From positions 64,001 to 128,000 of the forward strand of contig CAVYLP010000002.1 of the NCBI GenBank assembly GCA_963769425.1: DNA of 64,000 nt. The letters are read 5' to 3'. The notes beneath the pieces were generated by a model, which worked only from the letters and a program-made list of their open reading frames with translations, was not told the origin of the DNA and ran no database searches. Position 1 is the stretch's first letter, and each line of letters starts with the position of its first letter. Positions 10,769 to 21,883 of this stretch are shown one piece after another. A program made the translations under genes and the position numbers. This stretch comes from Candidatus Bathyarchaeota archaeon (GTDB lineage Archaea > Thermoproteota > Bathyarchaeia > TCS64).

Positions 10769-11872
10769 TTATAGCTCCGAGTCCTCCTCGTCGGGTTCTT
10801 CAACCTCAACCTCGGTGACCGAACCGTCGTTCTTCATGAATTCCCTCAAAACTACAGTAGCATATCCTCCTGCTGGGAGGGTAAATGAGAGCGTCACCCC
10901 CTCGGGGTGCTCGCTTACCTTGATCTCGGGCAGTAGCCTGCCGAGGCGCCTCGTGCCATCGGCCCCGACCCTGCGTAGGTCATCTAAAGTGACGCCAGCA
11001 TCGGAGAATATGGCGTCCTCGAGCTCCTTCGCCTCGTACTTCGTCTCCCTCATCTTGTACCCGTAGATGGGGGCAGTGAAGCTGATCTCCCCCTTCTCGA
11101 AGCGGGGCTGCTCCACCTGGGCGTCCTCGACGGTGAAGACTCCGCCGGTGTCATGCTTCTTCGCGAGGTCGCCGTTGAGAAGCCTGGTGAAGTTGCCGTC
11201 GTTCAGCCTCTTGGCGAGGTAGCGGTTGCAGAGGTGGCTCAGGTAACTGGAGACTAGGAACCGGCGGAGCCACCTGTTCCGCTCCTTGAAGTTGCCCTTT
11301 ATGAGGTCGTAGCCGTCGAGGACGTTGCCGCCGTTCTTCCCCGTCCTCTGGGAACCGAAGTAATTGGGTATCCCGAGGTGGGCAATTGTGGATTGTATCC
11401 CCTCCGCCCTCCTGAGGGCTACCTTCGGGGAGGTCTCTAGGTCCGTGACGGTGATGGTGAAAGTGTTGCCCTTGAGGTGACCCGACCTCAGCTTCTTCGG
11501 GTGCCTCCTCGCCCAGTTCACCGTGACGCCGAGGCTCGACTCGATTATCTTCGCCACCTCCTTCGGATCGTCCGCGGGCATGAGGAGGCTGAAGGTCTGG
11601 GTGGAGACGGCGTTCTTGTCCTTGAGCCCCGCGTGGCCCACGTCCTCACGCCTCAGCCCTAGGAGACTCGCGATGGCGATCTGCGTGTCCCTCGTCGTCC
11701 TCCCGCTCTTCGTCACGCTGAGGTAGATGTGGTCCCCGTACCCGAGGGGTTCATAAGCGGGCACCTCGACGACGGTAAACAGCTCCGGTCTCGCCCTGAT
11801 GACCCCGCCGATCCCTGGGAGTTCAGGAGTAACGTACGGGAGGCTGAGGTCAAGCTCGGGGGGTTGGGCCAT
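10769..11872 (-). CDS. truD: tRNA pseudouridine(13) synthase
   Basis: AGLKDKNAVSTQ, GNTFTI, PNYFGSQR, LPAGGYATVVLRE. Confidence 0.95.
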   Translation of the reverse strand: MAQPPELDLSLPYVTPELPGIGGVIRARPELFTVVEVPAYEPLGYGDHIYLSVTKSGRTTRDTQIAIASLLGLRREDVGHAGLKDKNAVSTQTFSLLMPADDPKEVAKIIESSLGVTVNWARRHPKKLRSGHLKGNTFTITVTDLETSPKVALRRAEGIQSTIAHLGIPNYFGSQRTGKNGGNVLDGYDLIKGNFKERNRWLRRFLVSSYLSHLCNRYLAKRLNDGNFTRLLNGDLAKKHDTGGVFTVEDAQVEQPRFEKGEISFTAPIYGYKMRETKYEAKELEDAIFSDAGVTLDDLRRVGADGTRRLGRLLPEIKVSEHPEGVTLSFTLPAGGYATVVLREFMKNDGSVTEVEVEEPDEEDSEL

Positions 11873-11907
11873 TTCGGTTGATAGAGAATAGGCTAGGGAA
11901 AAAGGGT

Positions 11908-12960
11908 TTAGGTGGACTGTGGGCTCCAGTCCGGGACGGTCCAGGGGAACGGCTTCCCCTTCGAGTAGGCCTTCAGAGGCTCCCTGTAGGGGAACAGCGC
12001 CACCGCCCCGCCGGTGTGTAGGAAGAGGACGTTGTCGCGCTTCCTGAACTTCTTCTTCCTGCAGAGGTCGATGAGGCAGGCCATTGCCGTGGCGGTGTAG
12101 ACGGGGTCTATGAGGATGCCCTCCGTCTCCGCCAGCACCTTTACCGCCTCCGCCTTCTCCTTGCTTATGACGCCGTAGCCGCCCCCGACGTACTCGTTGT
12201 AGACGATGATGTCAGACATGGGTATCTCGACGTCGAGGTCGAGGACATCATGGCTGTCCTTTATGATCTGGTTGACGCTCGCCTGCATCTCCTCCTTCGA
12301 GGTCCACCCGACGGCGGCGCCGACGATCTTCGTGCCCGTGTTCAGGGCCCTCGCGCCCATGACGAGCCCCGCCTGCGTCCCACCGGAACCGGTGCCGTGG
12401 ACTACGTAGTCGAAGTCTACTCCCATCTCGGAGGACTGGTTGAATGTCTCCAGCATAGCGTTGACGTAGCCGGCTGCGCCGAGGGGGACTGATCCGCCGA
12501 CGGGGATGAAGTAGGGGTTCTTGCCCTTCTTCCTCTGCGCCTCCATCTCGGCGTCTAGAGCCCCATTGAACTTCTCAGGCCGAACTACCTTGATCTCGGC
12601 ACCCATGAGCTCGTGGAGGAGGTGGTTGCCATCCCACTCCTTCGGCTCCCAGCCATCCTTCGGCCCATTCTTGACGAGGACACAGTCGAGGCCAAGCTTA
12701 CGTGCGGCGGCCACCGTCTGTGTGCACCAGTTTGAGTGGAACCCGGCGCCCGTCACTATGACGTCCGCCTTCTTCGCAAGGGCGTCCCCCATGAGGTACT
12801 CGAGCTTCCTCGCCTTGTTACCCCCGAAGGCGAGGCCTGTCAGGTCATCCCTCTTAACCCATATCCTCGGGCCGCCCAGCTTCTTAGTGAGGTTCGGCAT
12901 CTCTTGAATGGGTGTGGGGAGGTTCGCGAGCCTTGCCCTAGGCAACGATCCCAGCTTCAT
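11908..12960 (-). CDS. D-cysteine desulfhydrase/ACC deaminase family PLP enzyme
   Basis: KRDDLTGLAFGGNKARKLEY, GSGGTQAG, DPVYT, HTGG. Confidence 0.9.
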   Translation of the reverse strand: MKLGSLPRARLANLPTPIQEMPNLTKKLGGPRIWVKRDDLTGLAFGGNKARKLEYLMGDALAKKADVIVTGAGFHSNWCTQTVAAARKLGLDCVLVKNGPKDGWEPKEWDGNHLLHELMGAEIKVVRPEKFNGALDAEMEAQRKKGKNPYFIPVGGSVPLGAAGYVNAMLETFNQSSEMGVDFDYVVHGTGSGGTQAGLVMGARALNTGTKIVGAAVGWTSKEEMQASVNQIIKDSHDVLDLDVEIPMSDIIVYNEYVGGGYGVISKEKAEAVKVLAETEGILIDPVYTATAMACLIDLCRKKKFRKRDNVLFLHTGGAVALFPYREPLKAYSKGKPFPWTVPDWSPQST

Positions 12961-13033
12961 ACAGATCGGTGAAGAATCCGTCGCTGGGCAGTATAACATC
13001 TTTGACCCCCTGTGGCAGGATTTATCCGGCCAA

Positions 13034-14029
13034 GTGGGTGCCTATGATCCGTTGTCCGGGCAGTACAGGGTCAGGTGGTTCGAGGAGGGGGACCTCCCCG
13101 CCTACATTCGGGGGCTAAACGAGAACCTCTACGACGAGTACGACGAGGCGAGGTTCAGGTGGAAGATGGTGGACAGCCCTTTCAGCCTCGGCTTCGTGTC
13201 GATCGCCGTCGTGGAGTACGCGGGGGAGCCGGTGGCCTTCAACAGCTTCCTCCCCCTCAGGGTGCGGCGGGGTAAGGACATCTTCCCTATCGTGCAGGGC
13301 TGTGACGGCTTCGTCGAGCCCGAGCACAGGAGGATGGGCCTCTTCCAGGAGACTCTCAAGTTCGCTTTCGGGGAGCTCGCTGGGATGGGACCCGAGATGC
13401 TGATGGGCTTCAACTTCGCGGGCTCCGCGGGGGCTGCGCAGAAGGTGGGCTCCACCCTGACCTGCGATTTCCACGCCCTCTGCGCCAAGGCGACCGACCT
13501 CAAGAGCGTCGAAGGGTCGAACGGGGTCGAGATAGAGCCCTGCAGCCTCGACGAGCTCCACGCTCTCTACGAGAATTGGGGCAAGGCCACACCGAAGCTC
13601 CACTACCAGAGGACTCCCGAGTACCTTCGCTGGCGGTACAGCCATCCGATAAGGCGGAGCAGGTTCTATCGCATCCGAGAGGGAGGCGACACTGGCTACG
13701 CCGCCGTGAGCATGGAGAGAGACGGCGCATCGAATACCCTCTTCCTCGAGGACTACTCCCCGATATTAGAAGGGCCACGGGTCCTCTCGGCCCTAATTAA
13801 ACAATTGCTGGATGAGGACGAACCGGTCAACGAGGTCTACCTGACCGAAGCCACGGGCTCGCCGATGAGCGAGGCGACTCAGCAGCTCGGTTTCGCCCCT
13901 GACCACTACTACACGCTAATCATGAAGAACATCAGAGGGCTGGAGGAATCCGGGAAGAAGCTATACAAGGGCGGCGTCGAGCTGACTAACATCGGGAATT
14001 GGAGAATAGTGTCGTCGGATATCTTCTAG
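13034..14029 (+). CDS. GNAT family acetyltransferase
   Basis: VEPEHRRMGLF acetyl-CoA motif A; RTPEYLRWRY; start uncertain. Confidence 0.8.
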   Translation: MGAYDPLSGQYRVRWFEEGDLPAYIRGLNENLYDEYDEARFRWKMVDSPFSLGFVSIAVVEYAGEPVAFNSFLPLRVRRGKDIFPIVQGCDGFVEPEHRRMGLFQETLKFAFGELAGMGPEMLMGFNFAGSAGAAQKVGSTLTCDFHALCAKATDLKSVEGSNGVEIEPCSLDELHALYENWGKATPKLHYQRTPEYLRWRYSHPIRRSRFYRIREGGDTGYAAVSMERDGASNTLFLEDYSPILEGPRVLSALIKQLLDEDEPVNEVYLTEATGSPMSEATQQLGFAPDHYYTLIMKNIRGLEESGKKLYKGGVELTNIGNWRIVSSDIF

Positions 14030-15447
14030 CCCTTGAGCCAGTCGACCTCGTCCTCCTCGAGCCCCAGCCACGCTGTCGCGGCCTCCGCCATCGCCGCGTT
14101 CTTGTACATGAGGCGGATGAGGGGGATGACCTCGGAGATGGCTTCCTTGCTCGAGATGTGGCACTTGACGGCGACCTTCGCGGCGACGTCCTGCAGCTTA
14201 TGGCGGCTGTGGTAGGTGCGTATATATCTCCACTTGAGCTGGGGTGGGCGTAGGTAGGGGATGGACCAGCCGTTCCCGCCGCGGACCCAGGTCGCCCCGA
14301 GCCCCCTCAGAGCCTCGTTTACGCGCCTCCAGTCGTCCCCCATGTACTTGACGGGCTTCACTAGCATCCCCGCCGCAGTCTCCTGGGTGACGAAGGCGCT
14401 CTGAGGGTACCCTAGCTTAGTCGTCGCCGTCATTACTTGTCGGCGGAGGCCGAGTCCCTCGCTGTGCCCCCTGCTGAAGGCGACACCCCCCGTCATCGAG
14501 TTGAACATGTACTTCTGGAGCCTGTAGCTGCTGCTCCGTGCCCTCTTCTCGAAGATGTCGGCGCGGCTCAGTGCCTCGAGCCCCTCGGCGAGGTCCCTCT
14601 TGTCGTCGAGTATCAGGGGGAGGTTCTCGTATATCCAGTCAAATAGCTCCTCGTGGTCGATGTAGGCCTGCCCTATGGCCTTGCGAGCCTCGTAGAGGGT
14701 CTTTGCGGCGAAGATGTTGCGCACAAGGGCAGGGGTGTACTCCTGCCTGTCCCTATGGCCGAGGCCCTCAACGTCCTCGACGGTCACCACCCCCTTCCCG
14801 CGTGCGATGGTTTCAAGGTCGTTTATTGCTGAGCGTAGATCACCCTCACAGTGGATGGCGAGAGCCTCTAACGCCTCCGGAGGCGCATCGAGCTTCAGCT
14901 CCCTCGCTATCTTCTCCAGCTTGGTGACTACGTCCATCGTTGGAATGGGTTTGAACTCGATGGCGATCGCCTTGTCTCGTAGGGGGCGGAACTTTTCGTC
15001 GTTGTCCTCCGCGATGGCCGTTGCGATGAGGATGATGGGTGCGCGAGTCATCTTGATGATGTCGGAGATGGCGGCGATGCCCCCCTGGTCCTCGTGGCCG
15101 CTCACCCCCTCCATCTCGTCGAAGAGGATGAGGCGCCTCTTCCCGAAGATGGTGATGTTCTGCGTCGCGGCGCGCCCGATGAGCTCCTCCATCCGGGTGC
15201 GGGTTCGGTAGTCGCTGGCGTTGACCTCTAGGAGGTCGAAGCCGAGCTCCTCGGCGAGGACATGCACGCTGCTCGTCTTCCCAGTGCCGGGTGGGCCGTG
15301 GAGGAAGACGGCCCGCTCCTTGGGCACTCCCTTCTCCCAGCCGCGGAGCCAGAGCTTGAGCTCGTTTACTGCCTCCCTGTTGTCGGCTATGTCCGCGACG
15401 GTGCGTGGCCTGAACCTGACCGCCCAGGGTAGCCTGTCCGCGCTCAA
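14026..15447 (-). CDS. rfcL: Replication factor C large subunit
   Basis: W..RFRP, GPPGTGKT, EVNASD, DEMEG, GDLRSAINDL. Confidence 0.93.
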   Translation of the reverse strand: MSADRLPWAVRFRPRTVADIADNREAVNELKLWLRGWEKGVPKERAVFLHGPPGTGKTSSVHVLAEELGFDLLEVNASDYRTRTRMEELIGRAATQNITIFGKRRLILFDEMEGVSGHEDQGGIAAISDIIKMTRAPIILIATAIAEDNDEKFRPLRDKAIAIEFKPIPTMDVVTKLEKIARELKLDAPPEALEALAIHCEGDLRSAINDLETIARGKGVVTVEDVEGLGHRDRQEYTPALVRNIFAAKTLYEARKAIGQAYIDHEELFDWIYENLPLILDDKRDLAEGLEALSRADIFEKRARSSSYRLQKYMFNSMTGGVAFSRGHSEGLGLRRQVMTATTKLGYPQSAFVTQETAAGMLVKPVKYMGDDWRRVNEALRGLGATWVRGGNGWSIPYLRPPQLKWRYIRTYHSRHKLQDVAAKVAVKCHISSKEAISEVIPLIRLMYKNAAMAEAATAWLGLEEDEVDWLKG

Positions 15448-16406
15448 CTTTCTTCACTTGCTAGGGCTAGCTTCGCGATGAGTGTGCTGAGCTGTATCTC
15501 GGGGCGTGCCCCCTGTGTGAGGCGGAAGTCGATCTCCCCGACGGTGTCGCTTATCCTCACCTTCCACTTCTCGGGCATCTGCATGCGCATCAGCTCGGAG
15601 TAGACCATCCTGAGCACGTCCTCGGCGCCTAACCCCTCGTCGATGAGGAGGCTGCGTAGAATTTCCCGCGCCTCTAGGAACTCGCCCTTCATGCCGAGGT
15701 TTATCATCTCGCGGACGCGCTGTGGGCTGACCTTCCCGAGGACGCTGTAGATGGCGATGTCATCGACCTCCCCCTGCGTCGCGGCGGCCGCCTGCAGGAG
15801 ATTCGTCGCCTTGCGCATATCCCCGCCGCTCGCCTCGAAGACGGCGTCCAGCCCCTCAGGGATGAGCTTGACCCCCTCCTTCTTCGCTATCGTAGTGATG
15901 TAGCTCTTCACGTCCTTCTCGGCGAGGGGGCCGAACCTGAAAACGCTGCACCTGCTCTGGATTGGGTCGATTATATTCTCACTATAGTTTCCGATGAGGC
16001 AGAAGCGGCAGGTGCGTGTGTAGACCTCCATCGTTCGGCGGAGCGCGTGCTGCGCAGCCGTCGTGAGGCTGTCCGCCTCGTCGAGCACCAGTATCTTGAA
16101 GGAGACCTCGCTGGCGATGGCGGCTGTCCTGGCGAAGTTCTTCACCTTCTCCCTGATGACGTCGATGCCGCGCTCGTCGCTCGCGTTAAGCTCCAGGATG
16201 TAGTTCTGGAAGCCGGGGCCGTATAGGTCGCGTGATAGGCAGAGGATACTGGTTGTCTTCCCAACGCCCGCCGGCCCAACGAGCAGGAGGTGGGGGAGGT
16301 TCTTGTCCTTGACGAAGCTCTTGAACCTCGAGACGATTTCCTCCCTGTCGACCATCTCGTCGAGGGTCTTGGGTCTGTACTTCTCCGCCCATACACCGCT
16401 GCTCAT
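15444..16406 (-). CDS. rfcS: Replication factor C small subunit
   Basis: WAEKYRP, GPAGVGKT, ELNASDERG, DEAD, SRC; no intein. Confidence 0.96.
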   Translation of the reverse strand: MSSGVWAEKYRPKTLDEMVDREEIVSRFKSFVKDKNLPHLLLVGPAGVGKTTSILCLSRDLYGPGFQNYILELNASDERGIDVIREKVKNFARTAAIASEVSFKILVLDEADSLTTAAQHALRRTMEVYTRTCRFCLIGNYSENIIDPIQSRCSVFRFGPLAEKDVKSYITTIAKKEGVKLIPEGLDAVFEASGGDMRKATNLLQAAAATQGEVDDIAIYSVLGKVSPQRVREMINLGMKGEFLEAREILRSLLIDEGLGAEDVLRMVYSELMRMQMPEKWKVRISDTVGEIDFRLTQGARPEIQLSTLIAKLALASEES

Positions 16407-16575
16407 GACGATTCACCTGATAACCCCCGGGGGCGTTTTTTAAGGCTTCTAGGAGGTGGCGAGCCTAGGGGAGATGGGTGAAATTGGTCCAACTTTCAGC
16501 ATCGCCCAATTGAAGTAGCTTTAAATCTTCGAGTCGTCGCCTCTCCGTTTTAGGTGTTTACGCGGAGTGTAAACG

Positions 16576-18238
16576 ATGAGAAGGTACCTGCTTAAGGTAG
16601 TGGGGGGGTTCACCCTCCTGGCTGCCATGGCCTATCTTATCGGTACCTTCTCACCATACCCTGAGATGAAGAATTTACCTTTATTCACTCTAACTACCGT
16701 TTGGAGGATCTTTTTTACCCTCATGATTTCGGTGGCATGGGGTGTATCTTTTGGAATCCTGGCAGCTACGAACAAGACGTTCGGGAGGATACTCACCCCG
16801 ATAGTCGATATTCTCCAATCCATCCCGATACTAGGATATTTCCCACTTGCTATAGGCTTCCTCTACGCTTGGGGTGCTTGGGGCATCGAGACATCTGTCA
16901 TTTTACTGTTATTCACATCGATGGCATGGGCCATCTACTTTGGTGTGCTCGGGGCTATCAGTAGCATACCGGCGAATGTAGTCGAGTCGTCCAAGAGCTT
17001 TGGAATTCAAGGTTGGAAATATACTCGACACATCGTACTTCCCGCGATAGCCCCCGCGGTTGTTTCAGGCGCGAATCTAGCGTGGAGCGACGGCTGGTTC
17101 TTCATGATAGCTGCTGAGTACGTCCAATACCAGCAGAAAGTTGTATCACCCCCGTCGGGTGGAGTGGGCTACCTTCTAGCCCAAGCAGCATATTTTTATA
17201 AAGACATGAATCTTGCCATCATACTCCTAGTCTTCATCACAACACTAATCATCGTAATCAACAGCCTCACGTGGCACAAACTAATGGACAAAGCTAATAC
17301 AGGCACATTCAAACCCATCATTAGCATCGACCTTTCCGGTGTTGGAAAAATAATAGCGGCTGAAGAATCAAGTATCTTAGCTTTAGGTATACACATGCCG
17401 AAGGGCTTCTCGGCCGTAAGCCAGAGGTTGAGACAGTACTCCCGATTAGAGAGGATCATCCTTTGGTGTGTTCTAGGCGGCTTACTACTCTATTTTGTTG
17501 TAATCGAATACGATCATTTCCCTGCGCTCAGCATCGTTCAACAAGGATTGTCTTCGCCACCTGCTGACCAGCTCGGCAATCTATCTATGTTTATACTTCT
17601 CACGATGGGGAGACTCACGATCGCTTACTTAGTCTCGTTAGTTGTAGCCATTGGTCTAGGTGTACTCGCCGCTGAAAGCAAACGCGCGGCTTCGCTAATC
17701 TACCCGATCTACGACATAGGCCAAGGTGTCCCAATACTCGCCCTCTTTCCCGTCATATATCTTGGATTAAGCGGGGTAGTCGGATCTCAGAGACTCGCTC
17801 TTGAAATAACGTGCATCGTGATGCTTGTCCTAGATATGATATGGTATATGTTCATCAACATTACTAGCGCGATCAAGAATATACCCACAGAGATTAAGGA
17901 GGTTGGATCGCTCTTTGGCTTCAAGGGGCTTCATAGAATAACCCATCTCATCATTCCCTCGATTCTCCCTGCAATAGTGACCGGTAGCATACTGTCATGG
18001 GGGACGGGTTGGAACACGATAATCTTCTCCGAGTATCTCCAGTCATCCGAACCCGGAGTACCATCAGTATGGGTTCCAGGGATTGGCTCGCTTCTCGACC
18101 TGTCGAAACTTTTATGGAAATACCATTGTGCTAGTGTTCCTTCTCGTCATCATATGTGTAATAGTTTTGTCGATGGAAGGCCTGATCTGGAGGCGTCTCA
18201 TCAGGCGATTCGAGAAATACAAGGTGGAGGTCGGATAA
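16576..18238 (+). CDS. Nitrate/sulfonate-type ABC permease with two TM modules (frameshift near 18105)
   Basis: DILQSIPILG and DIGQGVPILA repeats, EAA-like loops; C-terminus LIWRRLIRRFEKYKVEVG is in a shifted frame. Confidence 0.85.
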
Positions 18239-18239
18239 G

Positions 18240-19016
18240 ATGTCAGTGCTTGATGTACAACACGTCAGAAAAGTCTTCAAAGAGGACAAGAATGAGACCC
18301 TCGCCCTCGACGACGTGAACTTCACCGTGAATAACGGTGAGTTCGTACTACTCGTCGGACCATCCGGATGCGGCAAGTCCACTATGCTCCGAATTATCGC
18401 CGGGCTTGAGCAGGCGACCGCCGGCGAGGTCATCTTCGAGGGAAAACCAATCATCGCAGTCCGAGCACCGAAGATTTCCATGGTTTTCCAGCTATTCGGG
18501 CTCCTCCCCTGGAAGACGGCCCAAGAGAACGTCGAAGTTCCCCTCGAGATACTCGGGGTCCCGAAGAAGGAGCGCACCGAGGCTGCGAAATCGTATCTAA
18601 AGATGGTCCATCTCGAGGGCTTCGAAAGCACTTACCCCCACGACCTCTCGGGCGGAATGAAGCAGCGGGTCGGAATTGCCCGCGCACTTGCCCTTAAGCC
18701 AGAAATCCTCCTCATGGACGAGCCCTTCAGCAGCCTCGACGAGTTGACGGCGAAAACACTGAGAGATCTCACCCTCAGCATTTGGCGGAAGAGAGATGAG
18801 CCTCCTGATAGTGTTCTTATGGTCAGCCACAACGTCGAGGAGGCAGTCTACCTCGCGGATAGGGTAATCGTAATGTCGGGTAGACCCGGACATGTCGTCG
18901 GAGACGTAAAGATCGATATCCCCCGCCCGCGTTCAGAACACATTCGCGACTCAGTCTATTTCCACTTCGTCGACGAGGTCATGGAAATGCTGAACGCCGG
19001 TAGCGAAAAGCGATAA
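18240..19016 (+). CDS. ABC transporter ATP-binding subunit (TauB/SsuB/NrtD-like)
   Basis: GPSGCGKS, LSGGMKQR, MDEPF, VSH. Confidence 0.93.
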   Translation: MSVLDVQHVRKVFKEDKNETLALDDVNFTVNNGEFVLLVGPSGCGKSTMLRIIAGLEQATAGEVIFEGKPIIAVRAPKISMVFQLFGLLPWKTAQENVEVPLEILGVPKKERTEAAKSYLKMVHLEGFESTYPHDLSGGMKQRVGIARALALKPEILLMDEPFSSLDELTAKTLRDLTLSIWRKRDEPPDSVLMVSHNVEEAVYLADRVIVMSGRPGHVVGDVKIDIPRPRSEHIRDSVYFHFVDEVMEMLNAGSEKR

Positions 19017-19116
19017 GCAGACCACCCGTGAACCATTTTACTGTAATTATTACAAAAACCTAGTCCGTTTAGGGGTTTAATCTGTTTTTTATACGCCTTG
19101 GGCACCAGTCATAGAC

Positions 19117-20058
19117 ATGGCTAAAGTCAAACCCTTCATAATCGGGACCCGGAACGCCGGCGAGTTCCTACATGCGGGCGCCAAGGTGCTGCGCGATGGT
19201 GGCTCAGCGATCGATGCCGTCGAGGCTTCGACGAAGCTCGTGGAGGCGAACCCTAAGGATGACAGCGTCGGCTACGGGGGCGTGCCCAACCTCCTCGGTG
19301 AGGTTGAGCTGGACGCCAGCATAATGGACGGTAAGACCCTGAGGACCGGCGCCGTGGGCGCCGTTAAGGGGTACATGCACGTCATAAGCATCGCCCGTAT
19401 GGTGATGGAGAAGACTCCACACGTGATGCTGGTGGGCAGCGGCGCGGAGCTGTTCGCGAAGTCGATGGGCTTCAAAAAGCAGAATCTTCTCACGAAGGAG
19501 GCGAAGGCCGCCTATCAGAGCTTCCTGACGAAGTACGCTGACCTGCCCAAGGAGGGTGAGAAGCCCTGGTACGTCAACTACGACGTCGACTTCGGTCTAC
19601 GCGGCTGGTACGACAAGCTTAGCGACAAGCAGCATGGCACCGTCAACATCATGGCGATCGACAAGAACGGCGACATCTGCAGCGGAGTCAGCACCAGCGG
19701 AACCGCCTTCAAGTTCCCCGGGCGCCTCGGGGACAGCCCGATAATCGGAGCGGGCAACTACTGCGACAACCGCTTCGGCGCGGCCGCCTGCACGGGGCGC
19801 GGGGAGCTCGCGATACGCCTCAGCCTCGCCAGGACCATCCTCAGCTATATGGAGAACGGCATGACCGTCCGCGAGGCGTGCGCACGCGGCATGAAGGACA
19901 TAAACGAGCTTGGCGAGAAGGGCGGAATGAACTGCCTAGCCATGGACAACAAGGGTAACACGATGAGCGCCTCCACCAGCCGGGAGAACTTCCACTGGTA
20001 CATGGACGTCGACTCCAAGGAGGCCGAGCAGCGCAAGGGCATCTACATCCCGGAGTAG
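19117..20058 (+). CDS. Isoaspartyl peptidase/L-asparaginase (Ntn hydrolase)
   Basis: ELDASIMDG, HGTV autoproteolysis site, STSG, GRLGDSPIIGAG. Confidence 0.9.
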   Translation: MAKVKPFIIGTRNAGEFLHAGAKVLRDGGSAIDAVEASTKLVEANPKDDSVGYGGVPNLLGEVELDASIMDGKTLRTGAVGAVKGYMHVISIARMVMEKTPHVMLVGSGAELFAKSMGFKKQNLLTKEAKAAYQSFLTKYADLPKEGEKPWYVNYDVDFGLRGWYDKLSDKQHGTVNIMAIDKNGDICSGVSTSGTAFKFPGRLGDSPIIGAGNYCDNRFGAAACTGRGELAIRLSLARTILSYMENGMTVREACARGMKDINELGEKGGMNCLAMDNKGNTMSASTSRENFHWYMDVDSKEAEQRKGIYIPE

Positions 20059-20063
20059 AGACG

Positions 20064-20493
20064 ATGTCCAACCCTCCCTACGACCCGAAGAAGATCACGC
20101 CCGACCTCTACGGCGACCGCAGCCCCGTCGAGGGCAGGGTAGTCGCCATCCTCCACGTCAGTTTCAAGGATCGCGGCCTAAAGCTCATCGACACTAAGAG
20201 CCGCGCTGTCCTCAAGCACGAGATACACGAGATCATGATAACGGACGAGAAGAAGGCGGCCCCGGGTGGGGGCGCGGACAGGGTCGCCGCAGTTGCCTTC
20301 TTCGAGATCACGAAGGGTGGCCTAATCGTGACGGGGGACAGGGTCACCGCCGCCGGAACCAAGATAGGCGAATCTAGTCGGCTACGACGAGAACCACATG
20401 CCGAACCACCTCGGAATAATCCTCTGGGCGCCAACACTCGACGAGCCCTCGCTCGCCGTGGGCGACAAGATAGTCTTCCACAGACCCGGTTAG
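20064..20493 (+). CDS. Conserved hypothetical protein (frameshift near 20373)
   Basis: HEIHE motif; continues LVGYDENHMPNHLGII in another frame. Confidence 0.65.
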
Positions 20494-21343
20494 CCCTTAT
20501 CCGGCGCCCCTATCCCAAATATCCCCGAAGTGTCCTCGACCTTCTTGCAGTGCGCCGTAGCACATCCTGAGGCTCGAGGGCATCAGCTGTGAAACGCTTA
20601 GCCTCCACTATCTTCACCGACGCCTTGTTTAGCTCGGGGATGCCTATCCAGAGCTTCCTGCCATCGACCTTCGACGATAGGGCGTTCAGGAGCGGCTCGG
20701 CGTACTCCGAGTGCTTCGGGTCGCATATCCACGGCCCCACTCTGACGTTTGAGGCACCGGGCTTCGCCATTATGAAGCCGTGTAGCACACCCCCCTTCGA
20801 GGCCTTGAAGCATAGCTCGGGGAAGTCGTGTTGGACCCTCCTCAGCTTCTGAGTCCTGTCGAGGCCGAAGAAGCGCTTGTCGAGTGCGGCGACCTTTTCG
20901 AGGTCATCCCTCACCATGGGCTCTATGCTGTGGTGTGGAGCTTTTGTGGCGGTGCCGCTGTACCTCAGCGACAAGTACTCGCCCTTAAAGCCGAGGCGCT
21001 CGTAGAGGGGTATCGCCTTCTGGACACCGTCTAGCCGAATACTGGCTGCACCTTCGGAGGTCAACCTGGTGATTGCGTGCTTCATCAACGCGGCACCAAC
21101 CCCCCCTCCCCTCGTCTCGGGAGATACTATCAGATTCCCGATGAATCCCACGTCCCCGTACAGGAAGCTGTTAACTATACCGACGTCGACCCCGTCGATG
21201 CTCGCCACAAAACACCCCGCTGGCTCGTAGTAGATGCTCCTATCCACGTCTGCGCGGGTGTTCCCCCAACCGACCAACTCCTGCAACCTCATCACGAAGT
21301 CGATATCGCCATGCGTCATGACCCTGATCTCGGGCGGACTCAT
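20490..21343 (-). CDS. Tandem GNAT acetyltransferase, YitH-like (frameshift near 20590)
   Basis: RGGGVGAALM, LYERLGF; C-terminus RMCYG...FGIGAPDKG is in a shifted frame. Confidence 0.82.
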
Positions 21344-21382
21344 GGCGTCAAACTTCGTCCGATGGTCTATAAAGGGGTTCGC

Positions 21383-21880
21383 TCAGGCGTCCCCGCGCTG
21401 TTCTAGGGCCTGTTCGACGAGGTCTCTGAAGAAGTCTTCCTTAAGCTCACCGCCGTGGCCGAAGCCGATGCAGCGCGCGTCGAACCTGATCTCGAAGCTC
21501 CTGCCGTCCCTCTCTATCCAGAATGGGTACGTCCTGCAGAGCAGGGCGCGATGTGGGTAGACCCTGCACCCCTCCTTAGTGAGGTAGATACATGCGCCCC
21601 CCGCCTTCCTCATCTCAGCGACGAACGGGGCTTCCCCCTTTACCTCCACCTTGAACCCTACCTCCCCAGCCTTCTCGAGCTTCTCGACGTCGGCTGGGAG
21701 GAGCAGCACTTTCCTCGGTCGGTGGGATGCGTCCCTGCAGCAGGCTCCGCATCGCTTGCACCCCCACCTGACCTTGGGATAGTAAAACTCGTACTCGCCG
21801 GAAGGTGTCGTGAGTCTTCCTCTAGCGTATGGGATGACTATTTCATTCCCCTCCGTCATTGCGCCCCTCTTCTTACCCAA
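21383..21880 (-). CDS. YkgJ family Cys-cluster protein
   Basis: CKRCGACC, CIYL, CRVYPHRALLCRTYPF. Confidence 0.88.
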   Translation of the reverse strand: MGKKRGAMTEGNEIVIPYARGRLTTPSGEYEFYYPKVRWGCKRCGACCRDASHRPRKVLLLPADVEKLEKAGEVGFKVEVKGEAPFVAEMRKAGGACIYLTKEGCRVYPHRALLCRTYPFWIERDGRSFEIRFDARCIGFGHGGELKEDFFRDLVEQALEQRGDA

Positions 21881-21883
21881 TTG

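Noticed and set aside
6290-21420. CG runs in the core region (near 6292, 7612, 9695, 21414)
   Set aside because: They lie inside intact GC-rich genes where such runs are expected, with no truncation.
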